Assembly (NCBI GenBank): GCA_944392795.1
Contig: CALXXX010000024.1
Span: forward strand, 215 to 64,214
Direction: 5' to 3'
Source: an uncultured Alphaproteobacteria bacterium
GTDB lineage: Bacteria > Pseudomonadota > Alphaproteobacteria > CAAHEQ01 > UBA3637
Length of the DNA stretch: 64,000 nucleotides
The translations under genes were made by a program, and so were the position numbers. Shown here in pieces: positions 57,275 through 64,000 of the stretch (positions are counted from its first letter, which is position 1; the number at the start of each line of letters is the position of its first letter). The notes below the pieces were generated by a model. That model saw nothing but the letters and a program-made list of their open reading frames with translations. It was not told the DNA's origin and searched no databases.

Positions 57275-59115
57275 TTCTTCACTTTTTTATCCATATAGTC
57301 ACTCACAAGCTCTTTTAATGTCTCATCTAATTCTTTTTCTAAAGAAGTTGATAACTTAGATGCTTTATTGATTTCTTCTAAAAGATAAGGTTGATTAAGA
57401 CGAATTTGCTCTAACATTTTTGTTTCAAAATCAGGAATATCTGATGGCTCCATCGAAGATAAATACCCTTTTACAACAGCATAAAGAGAAATAAACTCTT
57501 CCTCAAATGACAAAGGTTGATGAAGCTTTTGTTTAAGTACCTCTGTCATTCGAACACCTTTACGCAATAATTCTTGAGTTGTCTCCTCTAAATCAGAAGC
57601 AATTTGCGCAAAAGAAAGCATCTCACGATATTGAGACAAGTCTAATTTCATAGAGCCGGAAATTTTTGCTAAAAGAGGACGTTGAGCTTTAGAGCCTACT
57701 CGACTGACAGATAAACCGACATTAACAGCCGGACGAACGCCTTGATGAAATAATCCGCTTTCCAAAAAAATTTGCCCATCTGTAATAGAAATGACATTTG
57801 TCGGAATATACGCAGATACATCCCCTTCTTGCGTTTCAACAACCGGTATAGCTGTTAAAGAACCTCCACCCTTTTTGTCACTCATCATCGCAGCTCGCTC
57901 TAACAGCCTGGAATGTAGATAGAAAATATCCCCAGGATAAGCTTCTCGACCAGGAGGCCGCCGCAGTAATAATGAAATTTGACGATAAGCATTTGCATGC
58001 TTTGATAAATCGTCCAGAAAAACAATAGCATTCATCCCTTGGTCACGAAAATATTCTCCAATTGTCATCCCCGTAAACGGAGCCAAATATTGTAAAGAAG
58101 CCATATCAGAGGCTGACGCTAATACAATGGTCGTATAAGCCATAGCTCCTTCATTTTGTAAAATGCGTTGCACCTCTGCAACTGTTGACTGCTTTTGCCC
58201 GATAGCAACATAAATACAATAAACTTTTTCCTTTTCGCTTTTGGCTTGTTCATTCACTCTTTTTTGATTTAAAATACTATCAATAATCAAGGATGTTTTT
58301 CCGGTTTGACGATCCCCCACGATTAATTCCCGTTGTCCCAGTCCTATTGGAACAAGAGCATCTATCACTTTAATACCCGTTTGAAAGGGAATTTTTACCG
58401 GCTGACGTTCAATAATACCCGGAACAGATGCCTCTAAAGGCATCTTAGTTGTTGCCTTTAATTCTCCAGCATCATCAATAGGCTCCCCTAAAGCATTTAC
58501 AACTCTGCCAATCAATTCTTTCCCAACAAAAACCTTAGGAACATCACCCGTTTGAACAGCTAAATCGCCTTCTTCCAATTTCGAGCTGTTAGACAACAAA
58601 ACAACATCTGAATATTCCGGATTTAAATTAAAAACGATTCCCTTAATCTTATTTGAAAAGTCTATAAGTTCTCCCGCTCGCGTCCGTTTCATCCCAGATA
58701 CGCGAACTATACCATCTTTAATCGAAACAACACGTCCTATTTGCTTAACTTTCGGATGAACACTTTTTTCCTCCGCTAATCTTTTAAGCAAATGATCAAA
58801 TGCGCCAGATGATAGTTCTGTCAAAGAAACTTTACCTAAAACTTCTTGAAGTTGATACAACTTTTCTTTAACAGAAGCATCAATTAAGGAAGAGCCTATT
58901 TGTAACTGAAAACCACCCAATAAAGAAGGATCAATTTTAATATTTAACAAAGCTTTTTTGACATGCAGCGATTGTGAAACAAGTTCACTGATCTGCAACT
59001 GTTGCCTTTTATTGAGTGCGTGAGACGTAATAATATCAACATATAATTCCTCGCAAAGGAAAGTCTCTTTTTTAGAGTGTTGCTTCTTATTTTTTGTCTG
59101 TTTTTCTACAACCAT
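57271..59115 (-). CDS. atpH/atpA: Fusion of ATP synthase delta C-terminal domain and alpha subunit (614 aa)
   Basis: Residues ~24-93 carry delta/OSCP C-domain motifs (IITSHAL, IDPSLLGGFQLQIGSSLIDASV). The rest is alpha (GDRQTGKT, PPGREAYPGD, GLSVSRVG). Confidence 0.92.
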
Positions 59116-59139
59116 TATCTTCCCCTTTTCTTTTTTTTA

Positions 59140-59168
59140 GTTGTAGCACAAACAAACACCCCCTGCAA
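59140..59168 (-). promoter_or_regulatory. Candidate promoter of the F1 operon
   Basis: TTGCAG-N17-TACAAC with extended TG, upstream of the AAGGGG SD. Confidence 0.45.
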
Positions 59169-59183
59169 GAAAACACTTTATTT

Positions 59184-59699
59184 TTATGTCTCAGGAATAA
59201 AAATATCTTCTAATTGGGCTTGTTTTAAGTTAAATCCTCGCCAACCGTATTGAAAAGGCAAAGAAAGGCATATCAGAGACGCTGATGGACAACTTTCTGA
59301 AAGATGATATCGAATAGTAACGGATGTCGGAACCAATAACTGAATAAACTCGAACAAGGCAGGACTATGTCCAATAATCATAATTTGATCAATTGTATCA
59401 TCTACTAAATTTAAAAGCTCTAAAAGAGTATATTCACTTGCTAAGTATAAGAAATCCAAAAAAACAATATGCCCTGTATGACAAAAAGGCGATAGACCCT
59501 CAAAAGTCTCGCGCGCTCTTTTTGCTTTGGAACAAAAAATGAGCTCTGGCTCTATGGAATGCAAAGATAAATAATGCTTTAATTTTTTCACTTGCCGTTT
59601 TCCCTTCAGAGACAACGGCCTATCAAAATCACGCATCTGCGCTGTTGCTCGACGACCTTGTGCATTATTCAACAGATATAGGATACGCTTTTTGCACAT
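59184..59699 (-). CDS. SixA-like histidine-phosphatase fold, catalytic RH motif absent
   Basis: DFDRPLSLKG, FCSKAKRARET, IIGHSP, but LLNNAQ where LRHAK/LRHG is expected. Confidence 0.75.
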   Translation of the reverse strand: MCKKRILYLLNNAQGRRATAQMRDFDRPLSLKGKRQVKKLKHYLSLHSIEPELIFCSKAKRARETFEGLSPFCHTGHIVFLDFLYLASEYTLLELLNLVDDTIDQIMIIGHSPALFEFIQLLVPTSVTIRYHLSESCPSASLICLSLPFQYGWRGFNLKQAQLEDIFIPET

Positions 59700-59761
59700 T
59701 AAAAATCCCCCTTAGTTTCAATCCAAAAAAGGATACAACTAAAAGTTGAGATGAGCAAGCT

Positions 59762-60220
59762 TTATTTTAAAGTAGATAAAACATTTTGTTCAATTTCGCG
59801 CAACCTTTGACGTACCTCTTCTTGAATAAAAGGATAAGATACGTTTTCTTCACGAGGCCAAATGGGCTTCATATCCGGAGAAAAGTCTGTTGTTTCCAAC
59901 CATTCATCTTTCGAACGAACTGTTGCCTTTTTTTCTTTTTGTGGAATAGAAGTTTCTATGATCTCAGGTAAAGTCTGTTTTGAAGCTGGTTTAGTTTCTG
60001 CCTCATCCACAAAAACAGAAGGTAAAAACTCGGAATGACGCGTATGATCCTTAACCAAATCCTTATATTTATAATGAGCAAAATACAAAATTGTGCTCAA
60101 CAAAAGGACAAGAACAATAGGAATAAAATAATGATTAAACAATAAAAGACATGCACCAAGTGCTTGCCCCATTCGATTAAAAAGAGATAACGGTGTTTTT
60201 TTCTTTCTCTTAGAGGGCAT
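59762..60220 (-). CDS. Hypothetical membrane-anchored protein
   Basis: Basic N-terminus, hydrophobic segment, AAGGAG SD. Confidence 0.7.
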   Translation of the reverse strand: MPSKRKKKTPLSLFNRMGQALGACLLLFNHYFIPIVLVLLLSTILYFAHYKYKDLVKDHTRHSEFLPSVFVDEAETKPASKQTLPEIIETSIPQKEKKATVRSKDEWLETTDFSPDMKPIWPREENVSYPFIQEEVRQRLREIEQNVLSTLK

Positions 60221-60229
60221 TATGTCTCC

Positions 60230-60466
60230 TTATTTAATCTTCTCAGAAATACGTTCTAACTGACGTTCTTCTCGCCCGATAATTCCTTGAGAAGAATGAG
60301 AAACATCTTGTGCTCCTTCAACCACAACCTCCTTTGTGGACGAGAAAACGCTCATTATTTTCCCGGGGACTTCTCGAGGGGTAATTCCTCCGAAGAACCA
60401 AAAAGCTCCAAGAATAAGAGCAAGAATAACAATCCACTCAAAAAGTTGTCGTAAAAATTCCCGCAT
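60230..60466 (-). CDS. Small single-TM hypothetical protein
   Basis: WIVILALILGAFWFFGG; AGGAG SD. Confidence 0.65.
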   Translation of the reverse strand: MREFLRQLFEWIVILALILGAFWFFGGITPREVPGKIMSVFSSTKEVVVEGAQDVSHSSQGIIGREERQLERISEKIK

Positions 60467-60590
60467 TTTATTCTCCTTTTTTCTTTCTTTTCTTATAATT
60501 TAAACAAAAATATTTCTTTTGTCATTAAGTTTTTATGCTTTTTATTGAGAAAAAATTTTTTTCCTTCTATATTAAGAAGGAGAAGGAAAA

Positions 60591-61055
60591 ATGTTTTATT
60601 TTTTTAAAAGTAAAAAGCAAAAAACAAAACAACCGTTTTGGGAACATAAAAAGCTATCTCAAATGACCGAACAAGAATGGGAAAGCTTATGCGACAGGTG
60701 TGGTAAATGTTGCTTAATTAAAATCGGCGTTTGGCGAATTCGATTCACGAACATCGGCTGCCCGCTTTTAAATGTAAAAACGGGTTTATGTTCAAGCTAT
60801 TCAAACCGTTGGAATACTGTCCCAGAATGCATCAAATTAACTCCCAAAAATTTACGAAAATATGCTAAATATCTTCCAAGGACTTGTGCTTATCTATGGA
60901 TTTTAAAAAAGCGTCGTCTACCACCTTGGCATTACTTAGTATCAGGTTCACGCCAAAGTGTTCATCAAATGGGAATTTCCGTTAAAAACAGAGCAGAACC
61001 CTTCCAACAACCTGTCGATTTAAAGGAGCATGTTATCTCATGGTCCGATCTTTAA
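60591..61055 (+). CDS. YcgN family Cys-cluster protein (UPF0260)
   Basis: EWESLCDRCGKCC, CSSYSNR, VPECIKLT, LPRTCAY, WHYLVSG. Confidence 0.9.
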   Translation: MFYFFKSKKQKTKQPFWEHKKLSQMTEQEWESLCDRCGKCCLIKIGVWRIRFTNIGCPLLNVKTGLCSSYSNRWNTVPECIKLTPKNLRKYAKYLPRTCAYLWILKKRRLPPWHYLVSGSRQSVHQMGISVKNRAEPFQQPVDLKEHVISWSDL

Positions 61056-61723
61056 TTGTTTCAGGAACATCCATAGATATTATTCCTAAAAAAGGATGCC
61101 ATTCTCTCAAGTTGAGAATAGATCGGAAAACAGGAAAACCACAAGTTATTATTCCATTTTTATATCCCATTTTTATGGTTCAAAAATTTATAGAAAGTCA
61201 TATCGTTTGGTTACAAAAGCAGATATCATTAACACCGCAAAAAATAACTTTTAAAGACGGAATGAAACTTTCAATTTTAGGGCAAGAGCTTATCATTCGA
61301 CATCAAGATAAAAGAATCGGCGGCGTATTTATTGAAGGGAACATCTTAATTGTCACAGGTTCTTCTGAACATCTTCACAGACGCGTAAAAGATTTTATCC
61401 AAAAACAAGTCTCTGAATATGTTTCTGTGAAAGCGCCAAAAATAGCAGAACAGTTAAATTGTTCTATCAAACGCATAACCATCAAAGATACCATTTCACG
61501 CTGGGGAAGCTGCACCTCAACAGGACATCTATCTTTTTGTTGGCGACTGGGTCTAGCTCCTCTATTTGTTTTAGATTACGTAATTATCCATGAGGTTGCT
61601 CATTTGGTTGAAATGAATCATTCTTGGGCTTTTTGGAAAAAAGTTGCAGAATTAAATGCTAATACACGACAAGCAAAAAAATGGCTTAATGAAAACGCAC
61701 CTTACTTGCATTCTTTTCTATAG
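61040..61723 (+). CDS. YgjP/DUF45-family metallo-hydrolase
   Basis: SRWGSC, DYVIIHEVAHLVEMNHS. Confidence 0.88.
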   Translation: MVRSLIVSGTSIDIIPKKGCHSLKLRIDRKTGKPQVIIPFLYPIFMVQKFIESHIVWLQKQISLTPQKITFKDGMKLSILGQELIIRHQDKRIGGVFIEGNILIVTGSSEHLHRRVKDFIQKQVSEYVSVKAPKIAEQLNCSIKRITIKDTISRWGSCTSTGHLSFCWRLGLAPLFVLDYVIIHEVAHLVEMNHSWAFWKKVAELNANTRQAKKWLNENAPYLHSFL

Positions 61724-61744
61724 AAATCTTATTTTTTCGTTGAA

Positions 61745-62497
61745 ATGGCCATTAAAAAAAGATACACTCTTTCAAAGGGATGTAAAAAGGATTCTAATAT
61801 GTTTTTTTGGTTGGCTGTTTTAACATTTTTTACGACAATTTTAATTTATGGTTTCTATCCACGCTCTGACGCACTTAAAATCGTCGACAAACCGGAAGCA
61901 AATAATGCTATTTCAGAAGTTGTCACACAGCATACTTCAGCTCTGCAAGGCATCACCCTGCAAAAAGGCGGACGTCCTGTCTATATCGATCTCGTTCCGG
62001 AAAATGGCTCTGTTACTTTATCTGAGGATGTCTACTATAATTATTTACCTGATGGTTTTATCTTCTCGGAGACTCCTCCCATTAGTCGTGTTTTTTGCCT
62101 AAATAATACCAACGGACAGCCCGCAGATACTTGCGCTGTCACAGCGCCAACAGCAGCTTACCCTAAAGGAACAACAGATTTTCTTGTTACTTATGGAGAT
62201 GTTCCTTTTAATTTTAGTGCTTATATTGCCGCTCTTGCCCCACGCTCATTGGGAGAAAAGGTCTTCCTCACAGATTACTCAGAAGAATATCATTTACAAA
62301 CAAATTGTGGAACCGTCAGCTGTGAAAATGGTGTTTGTCACCTTAATAATACACGATACTTAACGGCAGAAGTTCCTATTTCAATTGCCGATCAAATACC
62401 AGAAGGTAGTTTAGTTTGCTTGTCTCGTTTATCCGCGGCTTATGAGTTAGATGAAAACAACAAGCCAACTTTAATTCAAGTGACACATTTACCTTAA
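61745..62497 (+). CDS. Single-TM exported protein, possibly pilus accessory
   Basis: One N-proximal TM, four Cys, YLPDGF; immediately upstream of the PilV-like gene. Confidence 0.65.
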   Translation: MAIKKRYTLSKGCKKDSNMFFWLAVLTFFTTILIYGFYPRSDALKIVDKPEANNAISEVVTQHTSALQGITLQKGGRPVYIDLVPENGSVTLSEDVYYNYLPDGFIFSETPPISRVFCLNNTNGQPADTCAVTAPTAAYPKGTTDFLVTYGDVPFNFSAYIAALAPRSLGEKVFLTDYSEEYHLQTNCGTVSCENGVCHLNNTRYLTAEVPISIADQIPEGSLVCLSRLSAAYELDENNKPTLIQVTHLP

Positions 62498-62513
62498 ATG
62501 AAGAGAGGAAAAC

Positions 62514-64000
62514 ATGTCTAATATCAGTTATAAAACACAAAAAGGTTCTTTAATGATTGAAGTTATCGCCGTTTTGGGATTGCTTGCTTTAATCACGCCT
62601 CTTTTATTCCAACAAATTGCACGCCGCAATGAAGAAATTATCAACACACAAATAGCGACAGAAGTCAGAGCTGTTAAAGATGCTGTTGCTGCATACATTC
62701 AAGCAAATGAAAATCAAATTGCTCGTAATTGCGGCCTTACAGATGAAAATGGAACTTATATTGCGACACCTGATGGAGAAATCTATGCATGCGATGCCAT
62801 CGGTTCTGCCGAGTTTATTCCTTTCTTTAGCGGAATCAGCGGTGTATTATCAGACTATAATTATGAGTTCTATGGTTACACGATCCCAAGTCGATCAGAC
62901 AGCGCCGGAAATGTATCGGATTATCGTCCTGTGATTTATGCGACGATTAGTAGAAATGCTGGAGAAAACTTTACTTTAAGACAAGCCGCTCGAATTGCTT
63001 CGTTAATCGGTCTAGACGGAGGTGTTGTCGTTGAAGATCCTGATGTCCCCTCCCAAAGAATTATCAGTGGCATACAAGGTGCTTGGGAATTAGATACAAC
63101 TCTCCCCCTCAACACAATCGTTGCTGTCACAGCATTCAATGACGCAACAAATTCAGCTATTTTAAAAGATGTTAAACTAGAACACTTCCAAGGACAAACC
63201 ATGCAAGCAGATACAGCCGTTGCTACTCGTATGAATGTCAGAGAATTTTTATCCATCGGACCTAATAATATAACCTCTTGCATTGAAAACTATGGAAACA
63301 ATACAATCCGCGTAAAGTATGGACAAACAGAAGAGGATTTAACAGCAGATCCGGCTATTTCTCCAGAATGTGCTCCATTGTTCGAAGTGAATGGAGATAC
63401 AGGCGTTGTTTATATCCATAATGGACAAATTCGTACCGGTCAAAAGATAGAAGCTTCTCAATCTACAGCTGGAGAAACACGCGAGACAAATGCAGATGGA
63501 ACACCTAAGTATGATGAATATCAATTGGATCCTGCTTATACTTCCGTGATGAATGACATTAAATTGACCTCTCGAGGCGGAGCTCGACTCAGCGATATTT
63601 TACCTAACTATGTTTTAAAAGATATTTATTATGCAAGCACCTCAACTTCTGATGGAGCGAATGTATCCGATGTCACTTATCCTGGATTATCGGGACATAC
63701 CATTACAGGAAATCCTTGGACTGTTCCTATCCCTGAATGTCCGGTAGGATACGCCCCTGCTATCACAGTATCTCCTTCACTTATTCAAGGTGCCTTAATG
63801 TATACCTTTCCTGAAGAAATAACGGAAGTTAACACAAAAGGTTTTGCTAAAGCCAGCGGTGCTTATCGTTTTCTAATCTCAGAAAAAGAAGCTGTTAAAA
63901 AAGAGGCCCCAAACGCGACAGGAAACTGGTCCATTACGGTTCAATTTTGGCATCCTGATAAATACTGGACAGCAGCAGGTAATGTTTTTCGATCACTTAT
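62514..64000 (+). CDS. Prepilin-like, shufflon-PilV-like adhesin (3' end outside the window)
   Basis: Translated by hand; absent from the ORF track because there is no stop. MSNISYKTQKG|SLMIEVIAVLGLL, AARIASLIGLDGG, GIQGAW, VPIPECPVGYAPAI; open to the window end. Confidence 0.8.
   Translation, partial: MSNISYKTQKGSLMIEVIAVLGLLALITPLLFQQIARRNEEIINTQIATEVRAVKDAVAAYIQANENQIARNCGLTDENGTYIATPDGEIYACDAIGSAEFIPFFSGISGVLSDYNYEFYGYTIPSRSDSAGNVSDYRPVIYATISRNAGENFTLRQAARIASLIGLDGGVVVEDPDVPSQRIISGIQGAWELDTTLPLNTIVAVTAFNDATNSAILKDVKLEHFQGQTMQADTAVATRMNVREFLSIGPNNITSCIENYGNNTIRVKYGQTEEDLTADPAISPECAPLFEVNGDTGVVYIHNGQIRTGQKIEASQSTAGETRETNADGTPKYDEYQLDPAYTSVMNDIKLTSRGGARLSDILPNYVLKDIYYASTSTSDGANVSDVTYPGLSGHTITGNPWTVPIPECPVGYAPAITVSPSLIQGALMYTFPEEITEVNTKGFAKASGAYRFLISEKEAVKKEAPNATGNWSITVQFWHPDKYWTAAGNVFRSL

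Overview
AT-rich bacterial chromosome segment, most likely from an alphaproteobacterium. This is inferred from a long-linker FtsZ, an F1-only atp operon, ialB-rlmN, lpoA-like/rsmI/yraN/BON and hpf-ptsN. QueH, a glycyl-radical NrdD domain and GRSMIE-type pilins suggest an anaerobic, host-associated lineage. The housekeeping core is tRNA-Arg(ACG), rpmI-rplT-pheST, infC, rnhA, hemW, leuS, a MacAB-TolC-type exporter and a dcw cluster (mraZ to ftsZ, MurE-MurF fused, no murD), followed by rsmB and rlmN. No CRISPR array, transposase, integrase or reverse transcriptase was seen. Highlights: (1) A remodelled F1 operon. Only the C-terminal domain of delta is present and it is fused to alpha, with a possible internal TTG start. 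Beta has Leu at the E. coli Arg246 phosphate-binding position, gamma has a large insert, and a catalytically dead SixA-like gene lies upstream. (2) A dispersed set of non-canonical type IV pilin-like genes with Arg or Ser at +1. It comprises tandem constant/variable major pilins rich in N-x-S/T sequons beside a TPR-GT41 glycosyltransferase, a ~60-Cys adhesin-like pilin, an orphan Cys-doublet module, and a shufflon-PilV-like gene running off the window end. (3) A Firmicutes-type LeuRS, a stand-alone glycyl-radical domain, a candidate attenuator RNA and several apparent pseudo-enzymes. All family assignments come from motif recognition by eye; no searches were run.
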